A DNA stretch of 45,580 nt, taken from positions 1 through 45,580 of IMG/VR virus record IMGVR_UViG_3300049730_000057. One strand, 5' to 3'. This DNA comes from a virus. Its lineage: Duplodnaviria; Caudoviricetes. The translations under genes were made by a program, and so were the position numbers. The notes under the pieces were generated by a model. That model saw only the letters and a program-made list of their open reading frames with translations, was not told the DNA's origin and ran no database searches. Positions 7,623 to 15,903 of this stretch are shown here, piece by piece (positions within the stretch are counted from its first letter, which is position 1; every line of letters starts with the position of its first letter).

Positions 7623-8759
7623 TCAGAGGTCACCCACCAAGTCATCGTTATCATGAGCCTCTGGCCCTTGGGCGCGGTCGCCTCGTCGGGATAGGCCACC
7701 GACTGAAAGGTCAATCATGGCGCCCATCTTCCCCATGGCCCCCTGCACCTGCCCCCTGTAGATCGGGATGTACCGCTGTGTCGTGGTGACCTTCGAGTGC
7801 CCCATGCAGGCCATGATGGTGATGAGGTCTTCCCCTTGGTCTGCCAGGAGGCGGGCGAAGGTGACCCGGAGGTCGTGTAGGCGAAGGTTGGGCATGCCGA
7901 TAGCCCTGGTCGCCTGCACCCACCATCGGCGGGTGTGGTCCTTAGATCGGTTCCTGAACACGTACCCATCAGGACGGGGGCCAAGGCTACGAAGAATCCC
8001 TATCACTTGATCCGACAGAGGGATGGAGCGGTCCAGCCGCTTACTCCTGTAGGTCAACATCCGACCCGAGAGATCAACTTGTTGCCACGTCATGTCTACA
8101 ATGACCCCCCTACGTTGCCCCGTAAGGGCCAGCAGGGCCACCTTGGCCCTCTCTTCGGGGTCAGGGGCTAGATCAAGTACCTGGGCTATCTGGGGGGCTG
8201 TGAGGCTCTGGTAGGCCCTCCAGGGCTCTGGATAGAGCTTCACCCGGCGAGGGGATGCTGGATTGTCAGCAGCCAGGCGATGGTTGATGGCCCAAGTGAA
8301 GAAGGCTGACAGGTGAGCGAGGTCACGGTTGACCGTAGCCCCCTTAATCGGTTTCCCCCGGTGCTCTGTCATGAGCCTGGCCCTGGCCCATGCCTCCACG
8401 TCGTCAACCTGGATGTCGGCTATCTTCTTGCCAGGCCATGAGGCAGCGAAGCGATTGAGGGACCGCTCGACATGAGCCTCATCGGTCAGGCGGCCCCGGA
8501 CGTGGGTCAGCAAATATTTCTTTGAGAGGGTGGTGAATAAAGTAGGGCTCTCACTCGTCCGTATACTTGTACGTCCCAAGGTTGAATCATGGAGTCGTGG
8601 TCTGCTGGGCATACCACCACTGTCATGAGGTCCAAGCTCCAAAATCCTCTGAGCCTCCATGATCTGGCATGCCTCTTGCGTGGCAGCATGCCCCTCATAG
8701 CTCTTCCCCGCCCGCTTGAACCTGTACCGCCATCCCCCCCGATGATACTTGCTCACCAT
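7623..8759 (-). CDS. int: Tyrosine integrase/recombinase
   Basis: Catalytic R (TGQRRG), HDLR, MGH, terminal RY; N-terminal W-Y-F arm-binding-like domain; likely start M at 8759. Confidence 0.93.
   Translation of the reverse strand: MVSKYHRGGWRYRFKRAGKSYEGHAATQEACQIMEAQRILELGPHDSGGMPSRPRLHDSTLGRTSIRTSESPTLFTTLSKKYLLTHVRGRLTDEAHVERSLNRFAASWPGKKIADIQVDDVEAWARARLMTEHRGKPIKGATVNRDLAHLSAFFTWAINHRLAADNPASPRRVKLYPEPWRAYQSLTAPQIAQVLDLAPDPEERAKVALLALTGQRRGVIVDMTWQQVDLSGRMLTYRSKRLDRSIPLSDQVIGILRSLGPRPDGYVFRNRSKDHTRRWWVQATRAIGMPNLRLHDLRVTFARLLADQGEDLITIMACMGHSKVTTTQRYIPIYRGQVQGAMGKMGAMIDLSVGGLSRRGDRAQGPEAHDNDDLVGDL
8533..8592 (+). promoter_or_regulatory. 60-bp element, copy C (inside int, inverted relative to A and B)
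   Basis: 52/60 identity to the reverse complement of 28261-28320, with a 39-bp perfect core; TGTCATGAG at 8621. Confidence 0.75.
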
Positions 8760-8760
8760 G

Positions 8761-9186
8761 TCATGAGCCCTCCTCACTCGTAGGATGCTCCGACCCTTCT
8801 GACAGTTCCCTCCAATCCTTCTCCCTCCACGGTTCAAGGAGGTCCAGCAAGCTGATGACCGTGGCCCACTCCCTCCCATGGCCAAGGGTACGATTCCACA
8901 GCTTCCTGATCTGCTGACACGCCTTCTCAGCCCCCTTCGACTCCCGCCAAGCCCTACTTGTCCACTCTTCCCCTCGGTCTCGGACCATGGCGGTGGTGGT
9001 CCCTTCTATCCAGCCCCGCAGAATCTCTGGCCACGGGTCCGGTATAGGGTGCGTTCTCCCCCACCCTGAAACCGTTTGCAAGCTCTTTCCGACAGCCTTA
9101 GCTAAGTTCTTTGCTGACCCATACTTAGCGACCAAGGCTTGCTTTAGCTCTACATGGTCCTCTGGCACCCCGGCGACCTTGGGCAT
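8761..9186 (-). CDS. HTH transcriptional regulator, probable immunity repressor
   Basis: YGSAKNLAKAVGKSLQTVSGW HTH; upstream of int and divergent from the replication operon. Confidence 0.75.
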   Translation of the reverse strand: MPKVAGVPEDHVELKQALVAKYGSAKNLAKAVGKSLQTVSGWGRTHPIPDPWPEILRGWIEGTTTAMVRDRGEEWTSRAWRESKGAEKACQQIRKLWNRTLGHGREWATVISLLDLLEPWREKDWRELSEGSEHPTSEEGS

Positions 9187-9319
9187 TGTCTTCCTCCCAC
9201 CCCCTCAAGGCATCACTCGTGCCACCCCCCTGTCGAAACCAACACGTATCAAGTGCATCTGAATATTTGATCCATGTGGTACGGTCTAACCGTTCGAACC
9301 AAACGGGGAGGGGTCGAGC

Positions 9320-9748
9320 ATGGTCCCAGAGGTCAGCCTGCCGGAGCTGCTGGGGTTCTGTCGGCGGATGCACGAGAAGCGGGTGGCTCTGATCGAGAAG
9401 AAGGGCCACGACTACAACCGCCAGCAACAGGAAGGCGGGAACACCCTCTTCAACCTGACGGTGGCCGAGCTGCTGGGCATCGTCCCCACCGCTGAGCGAG
9501 GCATCCTGGTGCGCCTGAGTGACAAGTTCATGCGGCTCATCAGCCTCATGGCCCCTGGGGTTCTGGCTGCCAATGCTGAATCCCTGGAGGACACCGTAGC
9601 TGACATCCACAACTATGTGGACTATGCCCTCTGCCTCTACCAGAAGCGGTGCTCTGGCGAGCTAAAGCCTGGCGAGTGCGTCCACGGCGTGGGGCTCTGC
9701 ACAGGGTCATGTAGTAAGAAGAGAGCACCGCGCGAGCTAGAGCGATAG
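9320..9748 (+). CDS. DUF1599 / nucleotide-modification-associated (MazG-like) domain protein
   Basis: KKGHDY...GILVRLSDKFMRL...ESLEDTVADIHNY. Confidence 0.7.
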   Translation: MVPEVSLPELLGFCRRMHEKRVALIEKKGHDYNRQQQEGGNTLFNLTVAELLGIVPTAERGILVRLSDKFMRLISLMAPGVLAANAESLEDTVADIHNYVDYALCLYQKRCSGELKPGECVHGVGLCTGSCSKKRAPRELER

Positions 9749-9752
9749 AGGT

Positions 9753-10154
9753 GTGGCCAGGTATGGCTGGGCGTGGTGGCATGGCCTCAGGGCCTCTCTT
9801 GGCTGCTCCCCCTGCCTCAAGTGCCACGGGTTGGCGCACCCCCTGTACGAGAAGGATCGCCACGGGAGAAGTGTGTGCTTGCGGTGCTGGAATTGTGGGC
9901 AACGGGTCTGGGTCGCCACTGAGGCAGGTCTCTGGGGGGTCAAGGCTGTCTATCGAAGACGGGGTGTCGCGTGGTGGGCCAAGTGGGACGAAAGGAAGAC
10001 ACGTGGAGCCACTCGCCGTACTGGGCGTCGCTCTCGGGCTGGTCGTGCTGCAAGGGCTGCTGACGATCGCGTGTATCGAGTACCTGATTGTCCGACCCCT
10101 CAAGCGTCAATCGGAGGCGTTGAGGAATCTCGTGGAGAGGAGTTGACCGGATGA
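9753..10154 (+). CDS. Zn-ribbon hypothetical protein (3' part overlaps a small TM ORF at ~10003-10146)
   Basis: CxxC...CxxC; extent uncertain. Confidence 0.45.
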   Translation: MARYGWAWWHGLRASLGCSPCLKCHGLAHPLYEKDRHGRSVCLRCWNCGQRVWVATEAGLWGVKAVYRRRGVAWWAKWDERKTRGATRRTGRRSRAGRAARAADDRVYRVPDCPTPQASIGGVEESRGEELTG

Positions 10155-10300
10155 AAGTGACACAGACCCACAACATCACCCTGGAGCTGGACATGAGTCG
10201 TGAGGAGGCTGAGAAGCTGCGCGACTACTTGGCCGAGGCTGAGGATGAGGGCTTGAGCATGATCTATGACGCTGTCGTGGAAGCCCTCGAACAGTATTAA
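10151..10300 (+). CDS. Small acidic hypothetical protein
   Basis: GAGGAG RBS; 49 aa MKVTQTHNITLEL... Confidence 0.55.
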   Translation: MKVTQTHNITLELDMSREEAEKLRDYLAEAEDEGLSMIYDAVVEALEQY

Positions 10301-10312
10301 AGGGAGGAAAGA

Positions 10313-10663
10313 ATGACCGAGACTTTCGACCCGACCGCAGCACACAGTGAAGAGGTTGGCATTGAGGATGAGAAGGAGTGGACTCAAGTTGGCGGCTTTG
10401 ATGGCTCCTTCTTCAAGTTCGTCAACCCCGGGGACACGCTGACGGGCGTCTGGCGGGGCAGCCGCAAGGGGCAGTTTGACAGCCCCCTCGGGACCGTGGA
10501 CACGCCAGAGGGCTCGGTGACCTTCCCCATGAATACCACCCTGGTGACTGATCTGGCCTCCATCGCCCTGGGCACCACCATCCGGGTCACGTATACCGGC
10601 AAGGCCATCGCCAAGAAGTCTGGTCGCGAGTTCAAGGCCTTCAAGGTCTACCAGGCGAAGTGA
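10313..10663 (+). CDS. Putative ssDNA-binding protein (OB fold)
   Basis: FFKF..PGD.L.G...G..I.VTYTG...KAFKV pattern; next to the exonuclease. Confidence 0.65.
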   Translation: MTETFDPTAAHSEEVGIEDEKEWTQVGGFDGSFFKFVNPGDTLTGVWRGSRKGQFDSPLGTVDTPEGSVTFPMNTTLVTDLASIALGTTIRVTYTGKAIAKKSGREFKAFKVYQAK

Positions 10664-11313
10664 TGAGTCGCCCCAAGGGCTGGGTCCAGTACACCTTGCA
10701 GGACGGCACCCCTGTACCTGGTGTCACCACCATCCTCTCTAGGTTCAAAGAGAGTCGGGGCCTGATGCACTGGGCCTGGGGGCAAGGGATGGCTGGGATT
10801 GACTATCGGGACGCACGCGACTCGGCTGCCTCTGCCGGGACACTGGCCCATGCCCTTGTGGAGGGTGACATCAGGGGGGTGCCTTCTCCCCAGGTGCCCC
10901 TTACTGATGAGCAGACAAAGGCTCTCAAGGCCTTTGAGAACTACAAAGAGTGGGCGGCACAGACTCAGCTAACTCCCGTGAAGACCGAGACCCGCCTCAT
11001 CAGTGAGAGGCACAAGTATGGCGGCACGATTGACGCCATGCTGGTGGGGGGCAAGTTGAGCCTGGGCGATTGGAAAACAAGTAATGCGGTGTACCCCGAC
11101 TACTTGATCCAGCTTGCCGCATACGGTCTCCTGTGGACTGAGAACTTCCCCGACCAGCCTATCGAGGGTGGGTATCACCTGCTCCGCTTCTCCAAGGACA
11201 CGGCCGACTTCGTCCACTACCACTTCGGCGAGCTGGATGAGGCTGCCGAAGCCTTCCTACTGATGCGGCGTCTGTATGACCTGGACAAGGTACTGAGGGC
11301 GAGGGTTCGATGA
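10663..11313 (+). CDS. PD-(D/E)XK exonuclease (RecB/Cas4-like phage family)
   Basis: PGVTTIL, GTLAH, GGTID, DWKTS, QLAAY. Confidence 0.85.
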   Translation: MSRPKGWVQYTLQDGTPVPGVTTILSRFKESRGLMHWAWGQGMAGIDYRDARDSAASAGTLAHALVEGDIRGVPSPQVPLTDEQTKALKAFENYKEWAAQTQLTPVKTETRLISERHKYGGTIDAMLVGGKLSLGDWKTSNAVYPDYLIQLAAYGLLWTENFPDQPIEGGYHLLRFSKDTADFVHYHFGELDEAAEAFLLMRRLYDLDKVLRARVR

Positions 11314-11400
11314 AGACCTGTAACCGCTGTGGTGACACCTACAACCATGCCTCTGCGACCCGCTGCCGCTCCTGTGGCCAAGTCTTGCTGGGAGGTCAGA

Positions 11401-11697
11401 GTGAACCGTTATCAGAAGGGCCGTCGCCTGGAAAAGAAGTCTCAAGACTGGCTCACGGGGCAGGGGTATGCAGTGCCCATGACCTCCAGAGGCTCGAAGG
11501 GTCTCTTTGACCTGGTGGCCATCAATCAGCGCCCCACTGGCGGGGCCTCGGTCCACTTGGTCCAGGTCAAGGCCAACAGGATGCCCACGAAGCATGAGAT
11601 GGCCCTGCTGGCTGACTTCTGGACACCGGTCGGGGTGGTGAAGGCTGTGCATGTGTGGCGTGATCGGGTGAGCACGCCTGAGGTTCACATCCTTTAA
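11401..11697 (+). CDS. Hjc-type Holliday junction resolvase
   Basis: KGRRLE...L...GY...SRGSKGLFDLVAI...VQVK. Confidence 0.75.
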   Translation: MNRYQKGRRLEKKSQDWLTGQGYAVPMTSRGSKGLFDLVAINQRPTGGASVHLVQVKANRMPTKHEMALLADFWTPVGVVKAVHVWRDRVSTPEVHIL

Positions 11698-11866
11698 CAG
11701 GAGACACTGAGATGGGCTCATTGCCTCGCTACATCGTGGATGCGGTGATTGATGACCCTAGTGACGATGAGGGCAAGACACCGCTTCAGGAGATCAAGAC
11801 TGTGTTGAAGCATGTGCTTCAGGGCCAAGACTTCACCATCAAGAAGCTCGTCGTGAAGAGGATTGC

Positions 11867-12109
11867 ATGACAGCCACCATCATCCGAGAGCTGGATGGCT
11901 TCGAGGGCCAGGCTGTGCTGGTGCAGAAGGGTGAGCGATTCTACGTTGTGTCATCGCTCCCCTTGGCCTTTGACACAGGGCTCCCTGAAACCCTCGTGTT
12001 CCCCGCTGATGAGTCTGGGGAGGTCACAAGCTGGGGAGAGGTTGCCGGTGGTCGCTTGGTAAGCCGGGAGGATGCCATCAAGGAGTTGGGGGGGTTGGAT
12101 GAAGACTGA
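11867..12109 (+). CDS. Hypothetical protein
   Basis: 80-aa ORF with ATGA overlap; ETLVFPAD motif. Confidence 0.65.
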   Translation: MTATIIRELDGFEGQAVLVQKGERFYVVSSLPLAFDTGLPETLVFPADESGEVTSWGEVAGGRLVSREDAIKELGGLDED

Positions 12110-12163
12110 CCCTCACCAAGCAGACCGCTTGACCCGCAACCAGAAGTCTGTGTTCCGTCTCAT
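12099..12163 (+). pseudogene. 5' fragment homologous to 12365-12429
   Basis: MKTDPHQADRLTRNQKSVFRL vs MKTDPGQADRLGRNQKSVSRL. Confidence 0.7.
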
Positions 12164-12181
12164 TGTAAGGAGGCAGCAAAT

Positions 12182-12364
12182 ATGCGGGCGTATGAAACTC
12201 ACCGCTTCACTCAATACCCCGATGTGGGTGATATCCTTTCCGAGGGCCGAAAATCCTCGGTGGGCCGTCTCGACAAGAAGAGCTACTGCAATCCCCGTGG
12301 CAAGGCCGCCGCGCGTCGGGGTCTGAAGCGCGCCGACCGCGCCCGGGCCAAGGGAAGGGACTGA
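12182..12364 (+). CDS. Small basic hypothetical protein
   Basis: AAGGAGG RBS; 60 aa. Confidence 0.6.
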   Translation: MRAYETHRFTQYPDVGDILSEGRKSSVGRLDKKSYCNPRGKAAARRGLKRADRARAKGRD

Positions 12365-12574
12365 ATGAAGACTGATCCCGGTCAAGCAGACCGCTTGGGC
12401 CGCAACCAGAAATCCGTGTCCCGCCTCATGGCAGACGGTGGCTGGCACACTGCCGAAGAGATTAGGCGTGCGGGTGGTACTGAAGGCTTGAGACGGTTCC
12501 GGGAGCTACGGAAGGGGCAGGACTGGGCCAAGCAGCATGTGGGCAATGGGCTGTGGGCGTATAGGCTGCTGTGA
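12365..12574 (+). CDS. Winged-HTH-like protein
   Basis: LMADGGWHTAEEI...EGLRRFRELR...G.WAYRL. Confidence 0.7.
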   Translation: MKTDPGQADRLGRNQKSVSRLMADGGWHTAEEIRRAGGTEGLRRFRELRKGQDWAKQHVGNGLWAYRLL

Positions 12575-12686
12575 TAGTGGTTCCCCTGACCCTTAAGCAA
12601 GCCAATGCTCTCGTGGCTCAACTCCACCGGCACCATATGGATCAGCCCATGGTTCCTAAGGTTAGGTGGGAGAAGGTTCTGGGGTT
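12571..12686 (+). pseudogene. Internally deleted remnant of an XF1762-like gene
   Basis: N-terminus VVPLTLKQANALVAQLHRHH joined directly to a C-terminal-like PKVRWEK. Confidence 0.45.
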
Positions 12687-12788
12687 GGGGGCACTGAGGG
12701 GCTCAGACGGTTCAGAGAGCTGCGGCAGGGGAAGGATTGGGCCAAGGCATACGTTGGAGATGGGGTGTGGGCATACAGGCTCCTTTGA
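12687..12788 (+). pseudogene. 3' fragment homologous to 12473-12574
   Basis: GGTEGLRRFRELRQGKDWAKAYVGDGVWAYRLL*. Confidence 0.7.
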
Positions 12789-12799
12789 GGGGGGAGTGA

Positions 12800-13015
12800 A
12801 TGTTTAAAACTGCTGTGAGGAAGTCTTTCATGATTCTGGGTCGTGAGGGGCGAGTGATCGTTGAGGAAACACCACACGGCCGTGAGGTCGCCATTTGCCT
12901 GATAAGCGGTGAAGAGGAGGGTCGGGGCGGCGAGAGCCTGCAACGAGTATGGCTGAGCAAGGAGGCCTGGGAGGACTTGTGCGATCTCCGGTACTCTGTG
13001 AGCTGTGGGGAATGA
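12800..13015 (+). CDS. Small hypothetical protein, probable paralog of 14325-14531
   Basis: SKEAWEDLCDLRYS vs SREDFEALCNLRYT. Confidence 0.65.
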   Translation: MFKTAVRKSFMILGREGRVIVEETPHGREVAICLISGEEEGRGGESLQRVWLSKEAWEDLCDLRYSVSCGE

Positions 13016-14328
13016 CCCTCGTTAGAGACATCCCCGCCTGCCGTGGTTGCCCTCATTACCAAGACGGCAGCCAGCCCTTCGTCCCTGACGAGCCCCCAGG
13101 TGCCCCCATCGTCATCATGATGCAGAATCCTGGAGCCACTGAAGAGCGTGAGGGGAAGCCAGCGGTCGGGGACACAGGGAGGGTGTTGAACAGCGTCTAC
13201 CTCCCCAAGGCAGGCCTCCACCGTGACGGGGTGCAGGTGTGCAATGCTCTCCGGTGCAGGGTTGCTGGGAGGAATGAGCTTCCTCCCTTGAATCTTCTCT
13301 CTACGCGAGCGGCCCTGGCTCACTGCAACACGACCCACTTCTCCCCTAATCCAGATGCCAAGCTCTACGTGGCCATGGGTGCCTATGCCCTGTACTTTCT
13401 GACGGGTGAGGGTATTGGGCCTCGTCATACCATCAGCTCGTGGCGAGGGTGGCTGCTACCGTGGGGAGTCCCCTATGAGCCGTTGACTCGCCTCTATCAT
13501 CCAGAGCCCGGTAAGCCCAGCGTCTTCGCCACCATGCATCTGGCAGCCCTGGTCCATGACCCTGGTCTCAAGATTGCTCTGTCGGCTGACTGGCAGCGCA
13601 TCGGGCGCTATCTGCGGGGCACCTGGCCCGAGAGGTTGCCTGTCTATCATGTCGGGCCTCCTGTACATCTCCCGACCATCTGTACGTTTGACACCGAATA
13701 CGATATCGACACAGGGGAGCTGTACCGCTACTCGATGCACGATGGCGAGCAGACCTGGGTGGTGGAGGCCTCAGAGACCGGTCCCTTGCCCTATCAAGAG
13801 GGGTCCACGGTCATCCTCCAGAATGCAGATGCTGACCTGGACACCCTGTCCACCGTTGTCCCCCTACAGGCTGTCAGAACCGAAGACACCATGCTGGCTG
13901 ACTCGGTTCTGTGGAGCGGGTTGCCCCATGATCTCGAATATCTCGGAAGTCTGTATGCTCGACTTAACCGATGGAAACATCTCTATCAGGCCAGCCCTCT
14001 TGACTACTCGGCGGCTGATGCAGTCGCTACCTGGGATGTCTGGCAGGCTTTATCACGTCAGTTTGCAGCTGACCCAGGGAGCTGGCGGGTCTACGATTCA
14101 TATGTCCGCCCACTCACTCCCATCATCCGGCGAGCTGTCCAGCGCGGCACCAGACTTAATCAAGAGCGAGTCAGAGCCGCTCTCACCGAACTCATTGGAT
14201 ACCGAGACCGAGCAAGTCAAATAGGCCAGGCGGCTGTGGGCTGGCCAATCAATCTAGGGTCACCGCAGCAGGTGTCCAAAGAGCTGTTTGAGACGAGGCG
14301 CATCAGGGTGCCAAGGAGGAATGCATGA
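13012..14328 (+). CDS. polA: Family A DNA polymerase, N-terminal part (UDG family-4-like domain, 3'-5' exonuclease, start of thumb)
   Basis: CxxC, QNPG..E...G.P.VG.TG, NALRCR; Exo motifs FDTE, QNADAD, DTML, YSAAD; INLGSPQQV..ELF. Confidence 0.85.
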   Translation: MTLVRDIPACRGCPHYQDGSQPFVPDEPPGAPIVIMMQNPGATEEREGKPAVGDTGRVLNSVYLPKAGLHRDGVQVCNALRCRVAGRNELPPLNLLSTRAALAHCNTTHFSPNPDAKLYVAMGAYALYFLTGEGIGPRHTISSWRGWLLPWGVPYEPLTRLYHPEPGKPSVFATMHLAALVHDPGLKIALSADWQRIGRYLRGTWPERLPVYHVGPPVHLPTICTFDTEYDIDTGELYRYSMHDGEQTWVVEASETGPLPYQEGSTVILQNADADLDTLSTVVPLQAVRTEDTMLADSVLWSGLPHDLEYLGSLYARLNRWKHLYQASPLDYSAADAVATWDVWQALSRQFAADPGSWRVYDSYVRPLTPIIRRAVQRGTRLNQERVRAALTELIGYRDRASQIGQAAVGWPINLGSPQQVSKELFETRRIRVPRRNA

Positions 14329-14531
14329 TGATGAGGACAGAATACTCCTCCACAAGCAGTGAGGGGTATAAGCTGAGTGTCTGGTTCACTGAGGATGGTG
14401 AGTGTGCTGTGTTCAGCATCAGTGGGGGTGGGTGTGGGAGTGCAGATATCGATGTGTCTCGTGAAGACTTCGAGGCACTGTGCAACTTGAGGTACACGCT
14501 ACCTCCTCAAGAGCCCCCACCTGCAGAGTGA
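14325..14531 (+). CDS. Small acidic protein lying between the two polymerase halves
   Basis: Start overlaps the polA-N stop, stop overlaps the polA-C GTG; AAGGAGG RBS. Confidence 0.65.
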   Translation: MMMRTEYSSTSSEGYKLSVWFTEDGECAVFSISGGGCGSADIDVSREDFEALCNLRYTLPPQEPPPAE

Positions 14532-15589
14532 GAAGCGTAGATGCCGACACCATGCGTCGCATCCTCTCGGTCTCCCAAGACCCCTTGGCCGAGGCCAGAC
14601 TCAAGTTCTCGGAAGTGGAATCGTTTCGGAAGTACCTTAGCCCCCTTGTTGGTAAAGAGCGGTGTCACAGCTCTATGCTTCCTACCCAAGCCTCGGGGCG
14701 CTGGTCGACCACCAACCCGCCCAAGGTGAACTTTCCAGATGACAAGAAGGCGGAAGAGTATGACCTACCGGAACTCCAAAGTGTGTTCATGCCCGACCCT
14801 GGATATTGGTGGCTGGGCTGGGACCATGATGCGATTGAGGCTCGGCTGGGGACGGCATACTGTGGGGATAAGCTTGATCTGGAGTCGTTCGCTAATGGGT
14901 GGGACATTCACACTCTCACTGCGTGTGATCTATTTACCTTGCCCCTGCCGCCTTCCAAGCTGGAACAAGACATTCATAGTAAGTCCCCCACTCCCACTAT
15001 GGCTGCTTGGCAAGCACAGGTGAAGTGGGGCGGCAAGGGAGACCGCAGGCGTCACCTGGCCAAGACAGCCCGGTATGCCCTCACGTATGGCGAGGATGAG
15101 AAGGCCTGCACCACGGCTAAAGGGGTCGAGAAGCTGGGGCTCAGTAAGCAAGAGCTGCTGGATGCTGGTCGACGGTTCCTCAGGGCCAAGGCCAAGACCC
15201 TTGTCATCTGGAAGAAGATCACCTGGGCCGAGTGCATCCGTACCAAGATGGCCCGCACATTCCTCGGGAGAAGGCGGATGCTCTTTGGTCCTGACCATCA
15301 TGTGAAGAAAGAGGGTTTGAACCACATGATCCAGGGCGCGGTGGCTGACGTGATGAATGCCAACCTCATCAGTCTGCTGGGCCCTGGGGGCATGTTGGAG
15401 CAGTGGGGGACCTTGGAGCTGAATGCCCATGACGGGGCCCGCATCGCTCTCCCTGTTTCCATTGATCTCGGAATCCTCCCCTATGTGCGAGCCATCGTAG
15501 AAAGGGAATGGGATGTTCAAGGGAATCGGATGCGCTTTCCCGCAACCTTCTACTGGATCGATGACCAGGGGGTGAAGGCAGGGCTATGA
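14528..15589 (+). CDS. polA: Family A DNA polymerase, C-terminal polymerase part
   Basis: SGRWSTTNP, motif A DHDAIEAR, DIH, motif B RHLAKTARYALTYG, TFLGRRR, N..IQG..AD, motif C AHD. Confidence 0.9.
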   Translation: MRSVDADTMRRILSVSQDPLAEARLKFSEVESFRKYLSPLVGKERCHSSMLPTQASGRWSTTNPPKVNFPDDKKAEEYDLPELQSVFMPDPGYWWLGWDHDAIEARLGTAYCGDKLDLESFANGWDIHTLTACDLFTLPLPPSKLEQDIHSKSPTPTMAAWQAQVKWGGKGDRRRHLAKTARYALTYGEDEKACTTAKGVEKLGLSKQELLDAGRRFLRAKAKTLVIWKKITWAECIRTKMARTFLGRRRMLFGPDHHVKKEGLNHMIQGAVADVMNANLISLLGPGGMLEQWGTLELNAHDGARIALPVSIDLGILPYVRAIVEREWDVQGNRMRFPATFYWIDDQGVKAGL

Positions 15590-15903
15590 GAACACTCATG
15601 ATGGCAGCAATCCTCTTGACAGCAACCTCAGCCATGGCCGCTAGTGACGGGGAGAAGTTCAAGCAAAAGATTGAGAACACCGTACGACCTTCTCCCCTGT
15701 GCTACTGCATCGATGCCAGTGGGGTTAAGCGGGTGGGGGTCATCATCCCTTCGTACTCAGCCATCGGGGGAGGGGGCAACCTCTTCGTCTACGTCACCTG
15801 CGGCATCCCTCGCTTCCAGTGGCTCCCGGACAACACTATCGGGGATGAAGTGGGCAATGAGTTTGAGGTGCAGTGTGGCAACTTTGAGAGGCTGACCAAG
15901 TAA
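15586..15903 (+). CDS. Secreted Cys-containing hypothetical protein
   Basis: Signal peptide MRTLMMAAILLTATSAMA. Confidence 0.7.
   Translation: MRTLMMAAILLTATSAMAASDGEKFKQKIENTVRPSPLCYCIDASGVKRVGVIIPSYSAIGGGGNLFVYVTCGIPRFQWLPDNTIGDEVGNEFEVQCGNFERLTK

Noticed and set aside
8533-8592. tRNA fragment as att core (GGTTGAATC)
   Set aside because: Lacks the TTCGA loop and paired T-stem; no cloverleaf found here or elsewhere in the window
8760-8885. 42-aa N-terminal extension of the integrase in the ORF track
   Set aside because: It overlaps the repressor gene; the ATG at 8759 has a GAGGAGG RBS
10663-11313. Cas4 as a sign of a CRISPR system
   Set aside because: No Fe-S cysteines, no cas genes or array; the context is a phage SSB/exonuclease recombination module
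14325-14531. Group I intron or intein in polA
   Set aside because: No P7/terminal intron or intein motifs seen; the gap is a clean ORF with its own RBS and coupled overlaps
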